Below are positions 1 through 13,550 of a DNA stretch of 64,000 bases, one piece after another (position 1 is the stretch's first letter; every line of letters begins with the position of its first letter). This DNA is from Camelus ferus. Its lineage: Eukaryota. Where the stretch lies: NCBI RefSeq assembly GCF_009834535.1, contig NC_045696.1:93374001-93438000 (forward strand), in the 5' to 3' direction. Made by a program: the position numbers and the translations under genes. The notes beneath the pieces were generated by a model. It was not told the DNA's origin. It ran no database searches and saw only the letters and a list, made by a program, of their open reading frames with translations.

Positions 1-159
1 GTCTTCAATACAAGGAAATACTGGTTTGGGATTTCTCCTTTGAAATAAAGTCTTACAGAATAAATAGGCAAATCAATGGAACAGAAATAGATTTTTTCTT
101 AAATAAGGATATAATTGATTTTACTGCCTGAACTAAAAATTTTATTTGCTATTGATTCT

Positions 160-880
160 GCAATGCAATTCTGACACTGACTACCCAGAATTAGCGCAGA
201 CTTCACAGGTTAAAGGTACAGTTCTCCACAAGACCCCCTCACTTCAGACACTAGCCACAGGCTCCAGAGTTCTTAGATGACCCACATCTCTGTTCAGCCA
301 CAAACTCACAGGTTGCCACTATGCCTTCAGGTTCCATAACTCTGCAGAATGACTCACAGAACTCACAGGAAAGCACTATACTTAGGATTACAGCTTCATT
401 ATAAAGGATACAAATGAGGACCAACCAAAGAGAAAGATACATAGGATGAGGTCTGGGAGAGTCCTAAACATGAAGCTTCTGCGCCTTTAGAATGTGCCAT
501 TCTTATGGCACATCAGTATATGATAACCAGCCATGGGAGCTCACTCAAGATTCAGGTTTCCACTTAAACTGGGCTTTCATTACATGGGAATGGTTGATCA
601 AATCATTGGCCACTTCTCCCCTTCTATGGGGTTGGGGGATTGACTTGATAATCATGTGGTTTAAGTCTCAATCCTCTAACATACTTGGTATTTCTGGCAT
701 GACCTGCTCCCATCCTGAAGTTAACTTGGGGTCCTCCATAGGTTGCCATATTAGCATAACTCAGACATGGTTGATGGGTCCACCATGAATAACAAAGGCA
801 TTCCTATCACTCAGGAAATTCCAATGATTGAGAGGCTCCTTCTCAGGAACCAAGATTAGAAAATCCTTTATTGTCTAACA
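160..880 (-). mobile_element. Old LTR fragment, MER21-like
   Basis: caattctgacact...cacaggttaaagg...ccacaagacccc...acttcagacac and the end aaatcctttattgtctaaca resemble recalled MER21 consensus; family name unverified. Confidence 0.7.
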
Positions 881-936
881 GTTTCCTTCTTTTTCTCCCA
901 GATACATGCATCAGTAATTTTGTAAAGCGAAAAACA

Positions 937-986
937 GAAGAAGATGATGATGATGGAGAAGAAGAAGAGGAAGGAGGAGGAGGAGA
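937..986. repeat. Compound purine trinucleotide microsatellite (GAA/GAT/GGA)
   Basis: gaagaagatgatgatgatggagaagaagaagaggaaggaggaggaggag read directly. Confidence 0.85.
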
Positions 987-1173
987 AAGGAATATGGATT
1001 GTAACTTCAATAAACCAATCAATTACCTAGTAAAGAGCACATGACTTTTCAATCATTTATTTTTCCAACCTGGACAATGATGTTTTCTATATCAAATTTT
1101 CTTTCTGTTATGTTTTTTAAATTGGTCTTGCTTTTCTAATCAAGGCTACTCTTAGGCATTTTTGTTGTTGTTG

Positions 1174-1256
1174 TTGTTGTGAATTATATTGTCATTTGAT
1201 TTTTCCTATTATTTTTATTGTTGTGAATCATATAGTCATTTGATTTTCCTATTATT
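1174..1256. repeat. Local tandem duplication, 2 copies, ~44-bp period
   Basis: ttgttgtgaattatattgtcatttgatttttcctattatt (1174-1213) vs ttgttgtgaatcatatagtcatttgattttcctattatt (1218-1256). Confidence 0.9.
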
Positions 1257-1548
1257 ATTGGTGCATGGGACTCCTATTCACTGAGTATATATTCTGTATT
1301 GAGGCACTTCAAGAAATTATTTACTATAATTTTTAAGGAATCCTTTGTTCTGTTCTTTATCCTTATGTATAGTCAGAGTTTCATAAACAGCAGTAAAATA
1401 ATACTGGGTGATAGTAAGCTTTTTTATTTCTTTGCAATTTTTAGGGCATTCCACCAAAATTTTTATTTCATTACTGGTATTTGCTCTTATCCACTTGACA
1501 TCTTGAGCTTCTCTGTGGCATTTCCGTTAATGACTTATTCTCCAGAGT

Positions 1549-1751
1549 CTGAGTTTCTCAACAGAGCACTATAGGCATTTTGGATAGATTATTTATTGTG
1601 CTGGACTGTTCCACACACAGCAAGACATCCCTGTTTCCCAATACAAAATAATAGTAGTGCCCCTCTGATAATGGCACAATCTCAAAAGTTTTCACTGTCT
1701 CCCCATCTGTCTCCCAAAGGGGTAGTACCATCCCTTTTGAAAATACCTACT
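1549..1751. mobile_element. Non-autonomous hAT-Charlie DNA transposon relic (MER20-like)
   Basis: gtttctcaac...gcactat.ggcattttgg at the left end and ttgaaaatacc at the right end resemble MER20-type termini. Confidence 0.55.
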
Positions 1752-2409
1752 TTCGAAAATGTAAAAAAGTCAATCAACATCTTGGCCTGGGAAAGAATTC
1801 TCCTACAGTGGCATCCCTGCATGGTGTGGAGGGCTACTAGATCTTGAAGCAATAGGAAATATTCTGAGGTTTATTATTCCACTAACAGGATATTGAAAGT
1901 TCTGATATCCAGATTTTCAATTTTTCGAAAACTGAAAAGACAATGAACCCTTAGGGAAGTACCTTTGTCTAGACACATCATCCTGCACTAACTGTCAGCA
2001 ACTCTGAGTGACTAGGATACAGTCTTTTCGCCTGCCTTTATCCTCCCTTCTTAGCCTTGTTTTATTATCCACTTAGGGAGGAAGGTCTGTGGCCCCAGTA
2101 CACTGAAGATGCAATTTGAGTGGTCCATGGTTTCAAAGGCAAAAAGAAATTTCAGAAATAGAATTTCCAAATCAAGTCCTGCAAATCAATGTGCTTTTAC
2201 TGTCCCTGAGCTGAGGACCATTAGAGGTGCCTCATTCTGGTTCAGGAGGCTGAATCTGCCAGTACTAGCAATTCATCATGTGTTTTTAATCAACTTAATG
2301 ACTTAATTGAGGAAAACACTGGCTTCTTGTAAACAATTGGCCTTTATCTCATTTTATTTTATTGTATTGCTGTGATAGTCCCTCTCTTTTTATATTTCAC
2401 TTTAATAAT

Positions 2410-2972
2410 TTAGGGAAGAAAAGCCTTTCTTTTTCTCCTACCCATCCCAGATTCATTGACCAAGGCCCTGCTAGTAAGACTGGCAAAAGACAGATTAACA
2501 AGAGAAACAAGTTTCTTAACAAGTGCACTGCACATACACGTGGAAGTACTCAGTGATGAGTAACTCGAAGGGGTGGCTAGAACTTAGGCTTATCTTAACA
2601 AAGGAAAATTAAATTTTTAGAGAAGTAATAAGACAAAGGAAAGGACTTTGAGTTTCTAGGGAGGCAAACTGTGGGAAGATAAATACACAGGGAACTACTG
2701 GGAGATAAGGACTAGTTAATAAGGTTTGTTATGTAGCTTCCCCTCCTGCTGTATCTAGGCTGATAAGGGGCTACAGTTGTCTCTGGGGATTAACTTCAGT
2801 CCTTTCCTGATAGAGGCTAGGGGCACCTTTATAAATTTATGTTCTTCTTTAAGGCAAATGGGGAAGGGCAGAGAGCTTTTCTTATACCTGCTTCTTCTTA
2901 ATTGCCTTCAGCTCAAAATAATCCTTATGCCAAAGCGACGTATTTTGGGGTGGCATATTCTGCTATTCTTTA
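2410..2972 (-). mobile_element. Solo ERV1 LTR, MER34/MER39-like
   Basis: aattgccttcagctcaaaataatccttatgccaaag...tattttggggtggcatattctg is the reverse complement of the recalled MER34-family 5' end. Confidence 0.75.
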
Positions 2973-3422
2973 ATAGGAAGCTGAGAGAAAAACCCTAGTT
3001 CCTATGTCATCATGTTCAAGGAAAACACACTCTGCTTTTCTGCTTTGGTGGCCAGATGCATTTATTTACTCATTCATGCAAGAAATACTGGTTGAATACC
3101 CACTCAATGTGTCAAGCATTTTTCTAAAAGCTGGATTCATAACTCTGAAGCAACTCCCTGCGTATTGATTAGATGAGGATTAATTGAATAAGATGGAGAG
3201 AAATAGCCCTTTTCATGTGTTTATTTTTAAAAATGCATTTACTGAACATTTAGATTAAGGCAATGCCTAATGGAATACTTCACACTATATGAATAAAAGC
3301 AAATTATGACAAGTTTTACAGTTGAAACTGACAATGCTGGGCTTAGGGATACACTGAATAAATATAAGAATGATTATACTGGATTCATTGCTAATCTAAT
3401 ATATTTAAAAGCATATTATTGT

Positions 3423-5487
3423 TAATCCAAGAACATGGTATATCTTTCCATCTGTTTATGTCATCTTCAATTTCTTTCATCAGTGTCCTACAGTTTTCTG
3501 AGTACAAGTCTTTTGCCTCCTTATTTATTCCTATGTATTTTATTCTTTTTGATGCTATGATAAATGGGATTGTTTCCTTAATTTCCCTTTCTGACAGTTT
3601 GTTTTTAGTGTATAGAAAAGCTACAAATTTCTATGTATTAATTTTGTATCCTGTAACTACTGAATTCAGTGATGAGCTCCAGAGGTATTCTGGTGTCATC
3701 TTTAGGGTTTTCTGTGTATGGTATCATTAATATTGTTAAAACGACCATACTACTGAAGGCAATCTACAGATTCAGTGCAATCCCTATCAAAATACCAATG
3801 CCATTTTTCACAGAACTAGAATAAATAATTGTAATATGTATATGGAAACATCAAAGACCCCAAATAGCCAAAGCAATCTTGGGAAAAAAGAACAGAGCTG
3901 AAGGGATCATGCTCCCTGACTTAAGACTATGTGATAAAGCCACAGTAATCAAAACGGTGTGGTACTGGCATAAAAACAGACACATATATCAATGAAACAG
4001 AGTAGAGACCTCAGAAATAAGCCCATGTACTTATGGTCAATTAATCTGTGACAAAAGAGGCAAAGACATACGATGGAGAAAAGATAGTCTCTTCAATAAC
4101 TGGTGCTATGAAAACTGGACAGCTATATGTAAAAGAATGAAATTAGAACATTTTCTCACACCATATACAAAAAATAAACTCAAGATGGATTAAATACCTA
4201 AATGTAAGACCAGATACTATAAAACTCCTAGAGGAAAACATAAGCAGAACACTCTTTGATGTAAATTGCAGCAATATTTTTTTGAATCCATCTCCTAAAG
4301 CAAAGGAAGTAAAAGCAAAAATAAACAAATGGGACCTAATTACACTTAAAAGCTTTTTCTCAGCAAAGGGAACCACTGACAAAATGAAAAGACAACCTAC
4401 TGAATGGGAGAAAATATTTGCAAATGATATGACCGACAAGGAGTTAATAACCAATATATATAAACAGCTTGTACAACTCAACATCAGAAAAAAAATCTTA
4501 TTAAGAAATGGGCAGAAGACCTGAATAGACATTTTTCCAAAGAGGAATTACAGATGATCAAGAGGCACATGAAAATACATTCAACATCTCTAATCATCAG
4601 GGCAATGCAAATCAAAACCACAATGAGCTATCACCTCACATCTATCAGAATGGCCATCATCAAAAAGAACACAAATGTTGGCAAGGATACGGAGAAAAGG
4701 GAACCCTTGTACTCTGTTGGTAGGAATGTAAATTGGTGCAATCACTGTGGAAAATATTATGGAGGTTTCTTAAAAAAACTAAAAATAGAATTACCATATG
4801 ACCCAACAATTCCACTCCTGGACATATATCCAAAGAAAACAAAAACACTAACTCAGAAAGATACATACACCCCAATGTTCATAGCAGCATTATTTACCAT
4901 TTCCAACATACAGAAACAAATTAAGTGTCCATCAACAGATGAATGGATAAAGAAGCTGTGTGTGTGTGTGTGTGTGTGCGTGTGCGTGTGCGTGTGTGTG
5001 TGCGCACAATGGAATTCTACTGAGTCATAAAGAAGAATGAAATTTTGCGATTTGCAGCAACATGAATGGACTTGGAGGACACTCTGCTAAATAAAATGTC
5101 AGACAGGAAGACAAATAATGTATATCACTTACACATGGAATCTAAAAAATACAATGAACTGCTAAATATTACAAAAAGAGCCAAACTCACAGATATAGAG
5201 AACAAACTAGTGGTTACCAGTGGGGAGAAAGAGGGGGGAGGCGCAACTGAGGTAGGGGATAAAGAGATATAAATTATTAGGTATAAATAAGTTATAAGGA
5301 TGTATTTTATAACACAGGGAATATAGCTAATATTTGATAATAACTATAAATGGAGTAAATCTTTAAAAATTGTGAATCATTGCATTGTACACCTATAACT
5401 TACATAATATTGTACAGCAACTATACTTCCATTAAAAACCTATTTGCAAAATTGAAAAAAATAAGGCAGGCTCTTTGTAGAAAATGA
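3423..5487 (+). mobile_element. 5'-truncated, 5'-inverted LINE-1 (twin-priming structure)
   Basis: 3423-3727 is antisense ORF2; 3726-5438 is sense ORF2 C-terminus plus 3'UTR (ORF track 4282-4524, 4554-5030); perfect 16-bp TSD aaaagcatattattgt at 3407-3422 and 5488-5503 at a TT/AAAA site. Confidence 0.95.
4957..5003. repeat. (TG)n/(TGCG) microsatellite inside L1
   Basis: read directly. Confidence 0.95.
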
Positions 5488-6069
5488 AAAAGCATATTAT
5501 TGTCAAAATGTATTTTATGTACTAGAAAATTACATCTTTATTAGGGCAGACATATCTTCAATGACTGTATGATATTTAGGCTCTATGTTATAGGCCTAAG
5601 TCAAATATTTGAAATTTATCTTTAAACAAAGTACATCAGTTGACATCTTCAGTAAACTTATTTTTCTAATGTGACATGAGGACTCCAACTTCAAAGGCTT
5701 CACCAGAAAGCTAAAATCACTTTTTTTCCGTCACTGAAGTTTTCCCCCTAACAACTACATTTTAATATTTTCTTGGGTATTTTTTCTGGCTCTGTTTCAA
5801 GATTAGCTCTTAATGATAATTTTAAAATTGTATTTTGATTTAATTGTCATCTTTTTGCTTTGGCAGTATGTCATGCTTGCTTGCTTTTTGATTTTGCCCA
5901 TCCCAGCACTGCTTATTAGAGCTACCTGTTCTCATGGATATGTCTAGTGAATCAATGCTGACTCAAGAAATGTTTTGTTATAGTTCGACTTGGAGACATC
6001 AGATCTGACTTTTGTGCTCTTGAACATGTAGAAACACAATAAAGCATATTAAGAAGTTTAGTGACTATC

Positions 6070-6290
6070 GTGTTTATGAGCTCGGCTCTGGAGCCCCACT
6101 CCCTGGGTTGAAATCTTTGCTCTCTGTGACTGTAAGCTAGTTTCCGCGTTTGGGTTTTCCACATCTGAAAAATGGAATTCATAGTAAAACTCAGCTTATA
6201 ACCTTTGGGAGAATTATATGTGTTAAAACACACGAAGTGTTGAGAACAGTGGCTGACCCATAGTAAATGCTGTGTTAAATCTTTATTATT
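6070..6290 (+). mobile_element. MIR SINE
   Basis: ggctctggagcc...ctgggttgaaatc head, catctgaaaaatgg core, catagtaaatgct tail. Confidence 0.75.
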
Positions 6291-8889
6291 ATATAACTTT
6301 AAATTCAGTTTTCTCTTTTTCCTTAATGTACTTTGAGTTCTTTCCCTGTGTCTTGACTTATAATTTGCACAGTTGTGCTGTGTGCCAAGACAATTAGTTA
6401 AAAAAAAATTACTGTTCTGTTAAGAAAGAGTGGCTTCTGTGGAATTAATAGAATACATTTCAGAATCTTGCAGTGTCAGGAATCACTAGAGAGATTAAAT
6501 ATCACAAACACCTTCTTTCTCATACAGATCCAGGAATGAGACTTCCAGGTATAGGAACCTAATTCCTTACAAAGAAGCTATTTTTTTCCCCCAAAAACCC
6601 GTTGTGAGGGATTGCTATGGGATTCTACCTCTTGTCAACTCTGAATCAGGCACCTAGTTCATGGCTAAATGTCTAATACACCCTGTCGATAGACTGGCTG
6701 TAAATTTCTCCAACACTGTGTATCCCAGTGACTTCTACACACTCGTCCTACTATGACCCATTAGCTAATGAGGGTTGCTCTGGGAAGACTCTTAAATACC
6801 TCTGCCACACTAACAAATACCTTTAAAATTTTGCACTGAGAGATACATTTTCTGTGCATCTCTGACAAGATAGGCAAGAGTAGACTTTTGAACTGAGGAC
6901 AAAAATCTAAGGGAGAAAGTCTTTAGAACAAAAATAGGCTCTTAAGGAATACTTGGGGAGAGTTCAATTCCATTACTTAATTTTGTTTTTTGAAGGGCAT
7001 ACCACTGCCAAGATATGAAATAATCAGGAGGAATATTACTGAGGTGATGACAAACTTTTCCAGTAATAGCTACAAATATCATTTTCTTCCAAACCAAACT
7101 TTGCAATATTTTTCAAGGGAGGCCTGGTAACATTGCAATATCTAGAAAAAAATATTAAAAAGGTAGGGAGGCATCCTCCCTAGTGACTGATGATACCTCA
7201 GCGACTGTGGAAGACTGAAAGCTATCTAGATAAGCAGTTTAAGTTGCAAAGTTTCAGAGGTGAAAGGAATGCTGAGATGTCTGATAAAGAAGACACATTA
7301 AAATAGTGATATGTAATTAGAACTTTGAAAATTATTGTATCTTCTTATGGTCATTTGGTTCAAAATAAGAAACATTTAAAATTATAAAAGAACAAAAAGA
7401 TATTAAATCAAAACAACAACCTAGGATCAGAGTCATAATGTAATGAGACATTTTCAAGTTGAAGAATACGAAAACAGTTGATTTTACGATAAAACTAAAA
7501 ATTCTTGCAACTTAAGGCTGCGTGTTAGAACTGTTTTTAAGTCATGAAAAATTTATTATAATTTTTACATTAATTAACATTTCTGAGCTATTTGATGCTA
7601 ATTCTGACTTCCAAAGTGCAGTTAAAAGAACCATATTTAACTCATCTTTGAACATTTGACGTCTTATCATCAAAAATGATAGCTAAACATTTTCCGAAGT
7701 CTTTGCATCCATGTTACTTGGGAGAAAAAAAACAAAGCTTTGACTATGATCAGGCAGAAAAAATTGTTTGCCCAAACCAGGTGAAATAGAATCTGAGTAC
7801 TCATTGAATTTCTTTATCAGTCTAATGACTGACTTCTACTGCTGCCAAAACTTTTCTCACACTGGCCTCCTAGTGCGTTTGTCCCTGCTGGGTGGGGCTG
7901 AAGCAGTGCAACTCTAGGCTCCACATTCACTAAGGAGGGTTTCCTCTGTCAGCACCCCGGCTCTCAGTTCACGGAGCCCATGAAGCAACAACTCCAGGCA
8001 CAGAAGGGCAAAAAAGGGGTCAGAGCTTTGTGCTTCTTCATTTTGAGAACTACAATTGGCTTCATATGACTGCAATAAGCTTTTGAATTTGTATCAACAT
8101 TTTAACATAGCAAACACAACACACACACAGACATACACACACTTATTGGTTTGTATTCTAATACCCACTCTATTAAATTACTGATTTCTTTGTATTAATA
8201 TTATTAATTTATTTAAATCTTTTAGCCTCCAGTTTAATCATTCAAAATCTATTTTGTCTTTTCTTACAAATTTATACAATTGCTTTTATTTTTTATTAAC
8301 TTATATTTATGCAATCCATTTAGTTTCTTTTCATAACTTTTGTTTTCACTCCATCTTGTGTATTTTTATTTTGGTTTCTTATTTGTCTTTTTATCTTGGT
8401 AGTATCTTCTTTCAGTTTACTTCATTTTAAAAGTTACCAGCTAAAATTGTTTAAAAATTTAAAAAATTTTAAAAATCCCTTTAAAAATTGTTTTGTTATT
8501 CTTCTAGCTTATTAAATTATAGGCAGGAACATGGCCCATGCAATAAAGTGGGAGCTAGGAAGTTAATTTGTGCCTCAAGAAGGCAGGCTGAAGGTAATAC
8601 AACTAAACTTCCGCCCAGTTTAAATTAACAATTGCTTTTTCCTTTTGGTAAGTGTATTTAATACTAAAACTTTAGTTTCACTTATTAAAAAATATTCAGT
8701 TCAACCATAGGCTTCAAATTATCACATGTGTGTGTAAATTCAGGCCTTGCTTCTTATATTACTAGCAGTGAAATTTTCCAATGAATTCTGCCTGGTAGTT
8801 CTATGTACTTTTATTATCTTATACTGAGGGCTTGCTGGAATGTTTTTATATATTTGAATTTTGCTTTCATGTATGTAGTTACTTGTTTG

Positions 8890-9056
8890 TTTATGTATTA
8901 AGATATAAATTATATATAATGTTACATTAGTTCCAGATGAACAACATAATGATTTGGTATTTCTATATACTGCAAAATGATCACTGCAAAAAATCTAGTT
9001 AATACCCATCATTATACATATAATGTTATAAAGTTTGTTTTCCTTGTGATGAGAAT
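8890..9056 (-). mobile_element. Old L1 (L1MA-type) 3' end fragment
   Basis: acaacataatgatttggtattt...tgcaaaatgatcac...ttttccttgtgatgagaa resembles an antisense L1MA 3'UTR. Confidence 0.6.
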
Positions 9057-9664
9057 CATATATTTACTTTAGAACTAAGGGAATAACACACAGGATCAAG
9101 AAGAAAAATGGAGAGGTTATCCTCTCCAGGTTTCAATAAACCAAACAGCCAACAAACAGGAGAAAGAAGAAATCACTTCTGAGTCACACATGTCCTTCCG
9201 ACTGTAAAGTAAAATGCTAGTATCTTCTAATGAGGTTGTCTTTGTCCCTTGTCATAATCAAGCCTTCAACCTTTCTGAACAACATAGGAGAACAAGTTTG
9301 TTAATGAAGCCATAGGGGACCTCACTGATGTTATCAGAAGACCTGAACAAAGCCCAAAGCAAAAGCACAAAACAAACGTAGGAACTACACACTAAGAACT
9401 GGAATATGGTTGGGATCCAAAGAGAACTGACCCCAAAATTTCATATATAATGATTTTTGCAGATGCTAGTTAATGGTTTTTACTTCTGCATTTTGCGCAA
9501 GCCCTGGAATTCATCAGAGCTGGCAACAAACGTTTCAACAGTTCCCAGAGAATTTCTGGCCTACCCATCTCCAGGAAGTTAAGGGAGTCTCCTGAGGAAT
9601 CCTGTTCTTGTAATAGTTACGGTCCCTTTTGCAAATTCCAAAGAGTTGAATTAGGGTCAGCAGC

Positions 9665-9895
9665 AGCCACTATTCATTTATTGCCCACTGAGTACCAGAC
9701 ACTGTGCTAAGTACTTTCCACACACCCTGTCATTTATGACTTGCAACAACTTTATTAAATAGATATTTTTATCCCCATTTTTTGCTGAGAACTCTGAAGT
9801 TCAGTTAACTAATGTCAAGGTCACACAGTCTGTAAATAGCAGAGCTGGAACTGGAATCCAGGTCTTCAAGACTTCTTAACCACCAGTTAATGCTG
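9665..9895 (-). mobile_element. MIR SINE
   Basis: ccagacactgtgctaagtacttt...atccccatttt...caaggtcacacag...gcagagctgg. Confidence 0.8.
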
Positions 9896-11184
9896 CCCCC
9901 ATTAAATACAGCATGATTCTAAGTATGGATCTGAAGAGCAGGCATACAAAACTGTCAAATGCTTTCCAGTTAAACCTGAATTGATTGGGAGATAAGCAGA
10001 CGCATCTGAAAAAAGTTCTTCGTTATCATAATTGTGACCTTTATCATTTAAAATTAGTGATACATGGTACTATTTTAAGATCTATCGGCAAGGACAGCTT
10101 AGAAATCAATGCAAAGGTTATAAGATATCAGGTGGTAAAGCCCCAAATTTCAATCTGTAAAAACTGCACTGTGTAATATATTAAAGCTGCACAAGTCACA
10201 AGAGGTTAAATATCCACACGCATAACTTTTCTTTAGGATTCCAGGCCTGCCTGGCTTAAGCATCCTCAGAGTTCAGTCTCCCTTCCTTGGCCTTTCCCTT
10301 ACCCTCTTGCTGTCAGTCCCTTCCTTTCTGTTTTAACGAGAATTTTCTCAAGAAATATTTCTTAAATAAAAAATGTAAAATGTTAGTATAATTCTGATGA
10401 AAATACCTAAATTTACAGGCAGAACGAAAACATTTTCTGTGTAAACATCTTTTATGTAGGGCCTTGTTTCTTCCAATCTGTCCACAACTTCAGCTTGCAC
10501 TCACTTTGCCTGCAGGCTCAGTATCTTTCTACAAATTCATTCCTTTTATCTCATTACTGTTCATGCCTAAGTGGGCTCGCTTTCAATTGTCCCTCATTGG
10601 AAGGTTGACCTCGGAGGCTCTCTGGCAAGTAACCTGGTTCATTTTTGTTCAACAACCATTTATTAAAAGCTTCTATATACCAGGGAAGCATGTTTAGTGC
10701 TGGGGTATAATTGCAGAGAAGACATGGTCCTTTTCTAGGGCACTTACAGGTCACTGGAGGAGCTTTTTCTGCTCAACTAGCTATTATTTGTTGGTTCCCA
10801 CACTCCGTCCAAACCAAATTTTCTTCTCTGTTGCCCTTTATATTCAATTATCCTTACTTAAACCTGGAGACATTAGTTGAGAGCTATGTCTGGATACTCT
10901 AAATGGACTTTCCTCCACTACACCCCTCTGTGGTTTTATCCTAGAATTTTCTTTTCATGAACATCGTCTCCTTTCAGCAGAATCCTAACTCAGCCTCTCT
11001 GGCTAGTGTATGCTCTAATTGCTTTAATTTTATCCTGCTGGCATTCAGGTTCGATTATCTTCTTTAATGGAAGGAAGCAGACAATAAACAGTAAGTTAAC
11101 ATTCTATAGGGGAAAGATTTTCTACTTTTTTTTTTCTGCCTTTAGTGCTGAAATATTTCTATCTTATTGGTGGGCAGGTGGCAG

Positions 11185-11415
11185 TGAAACTTGAAGATCT
11201 GGAGTCAAGTTGCATGGATTTAAATCTTGACTCTGCCCATCCTTAGCAGTGATCTTGGGCCAGTTGTTTCAACTCTCTGGTCCTCACTATCCTATTAAAT
11301 TGGGTTAATAAACAGTGCCTACCTGTCAGGGTCTTTGGGAAGATTAAGTGGGATCCAGTATGCAACGGATTTAGAAGAGCACTTGTAAAATGGTAAATAA
11401 CATTATCTATTATTA
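11185..11415 (+). mobile_element. MIR SINE
   Basis: tctggagtca...gatttaaatcttgactctgcc...gtgatcttgggccagtt. Confidence 0.75.
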
Positions 11416-13550
11416 AAAATAATTCTCATGTTCTTATGGCTTCAATGTAGATTGATGTGAAATTGGCCTAGAATTTAAATTTTACTGTGGTCCCATGTAT
11501 TAAAAATCTCCAATTATAACACAGTAAATAAGTTTTAGTAATTTGATCTAATATTTCCATTTGGGAAATATATCCTAAGGAAATAATCCAGGATGCCGAC
11601 AGACTTAGGCACAGAAATATTCACAACATCAATTATTTAAAATGTACCTTTCACTTAGATATTAAAAATATTAATGAGCTAGTAAACATATTAAAATCAT
11701 GTATGTTAATTATATATGATTAATTAGAAATTTTTTCATTTACTATTTGTTTAATAGACATTCATTAAAACGCTATATGTGAATGTCTCTAATGGATGAG
11801 AGATGCTCATAACATAAGAAGTGAAAAAACAAATTAGAAAGTTATATATAAAATAGAGGCACAACTCAGAAAAATAATACCCAAAGGAGAGAAATATATC
11901 AGATTTATCTGAGCAGTAACTCTTGGTGGTAAGACTATGGGTAGTTTCTATATTTATCTGTATTTAAAATAATTTTTTTCTTTACTGAACTTATCAATTT
12001 ATAGTCTGAAAAATATTTTTTAAAAATTGCCATGGACAGCCTGTTTTACAAAATGCTCTATGAAAATTGAAATCCAGTGGGAGTTTTACTTATTTTAAGT
12101 TATTTGGGAAATTCTAAAATGTTTGAAGGAGGGAACTACTTGTTTTTAATAATCTTCCTCACTGAGTAGAATGCTGTGTACCCTGTGAACTTTTGTTTTG
12201 TGATTGCTGACATCCCAAAAGACTGGTTGAGAAAAATCTTTGAACTTTTAAACTTTAGTAGTCAAGCAGAACAAATGGAAAAATTACAAGAACTCTATAT
12301 TATACATATGAATCTTTTTCTGGTTCCTTCTGTATTCTTCTTTTTTATGAGGCTATTGGGCCTGATAAAAATCAGCATACTACATAGTGTGTATTTTTAT
12401 AGACCTCGCAGCAGACGTAAAAGAGAAATCTTCAAGAACTGAGGGAGAAAAATGTGAGGAAGAGGCTACCAGACACAATAGTGAAAGCTCTGTGAAGCAC
12501 CACTGGCAGCACAGGAATGGCTGGGAGCTGTGCAATTTCCAGGGCCACAGAACATTTCCCTGGAAAGTGAAAGGGCTAGGTTTCTGCTGTTGGACCTAGG
12601 AAGAAGAGGTGAGATTTATGTGGCTTGCTGCTATAACAGCTTCTCAGTAGTCAATTCATCCAGCTCACCATCACCACTTGCCACCCAATATGGCACTGAA
12701 CGTTCTGGAACACCCCCAGATGAGTAGAGTCAGAAGACAGTTAAGTAGCTACAAACCCACTGCTGGGTGTAATTCTACCAGGAGCTCAGACCGTAGTTCT
12801 GATTCTCCCCTTCCTTCCAGGAACTGACTTTCATGTTCAGAGGGCAGTTTTCCTGGAACCACCTAGTTCTTATGTGAAACCACAGCACCCCCTCTAAGTT
12901 CTCCTCCACCATTCTCTTTTCCTGGGCTTGAACTTGTGAGAAGATAAAGAAAGGCAGAATGGCAGAAAAAACTCCAATATTGGCAGGAGAAGGTACAACA
13001 AAGATTCTCAGCAAAGGTGGCAGAGTCCTCTAAATAAACATGAAGACTCTGGTGTGGTTTGACTTCCTTTCCCTATCCATAAAGACATTTTATGCTTTTA
13101 AAGTGACTTCTTGCTTGTTTATGTCTATTATCATCATCATCATCTGCAGTATGGTACCTTACAGTGGACAAAATGCTTCCATATCTATTATTCCATTAAA
13201 TCCTCCCAGGAACCCTATACCAATTACCTTAAAAAAACAAAATAGATAAAGAACTAGAACTCAGAGATTGAATGGTTTTTCTAGCTGGTAACCAAAAAGC
13301 AACTCAAACTCACATCTTCTGACTGTTGTTCACCCATTGGTTCTGGAACTGACATGTACTATCATATCATTTGTCCCAAATGATAAAACTTTAGGACTAA
13401 TATGATTTACACTAAAGTTTATCCCCAAATCTCTAAAACTTCTTCAGGCATTTTGCTACTCTAGTTGTCAATGCTTATAAATCCCAGAAGCTTAAGTAGA
13501 ACAGGGAGGATTATGACAGATTGATGCTTGCATTTAGGATACTATTTTAA

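Noticed and set aside
937..986. Acidic EEDDDD..EEEE-like coding look
   Set aside because: Simple trinucleotide repeat with no ORF or splice context
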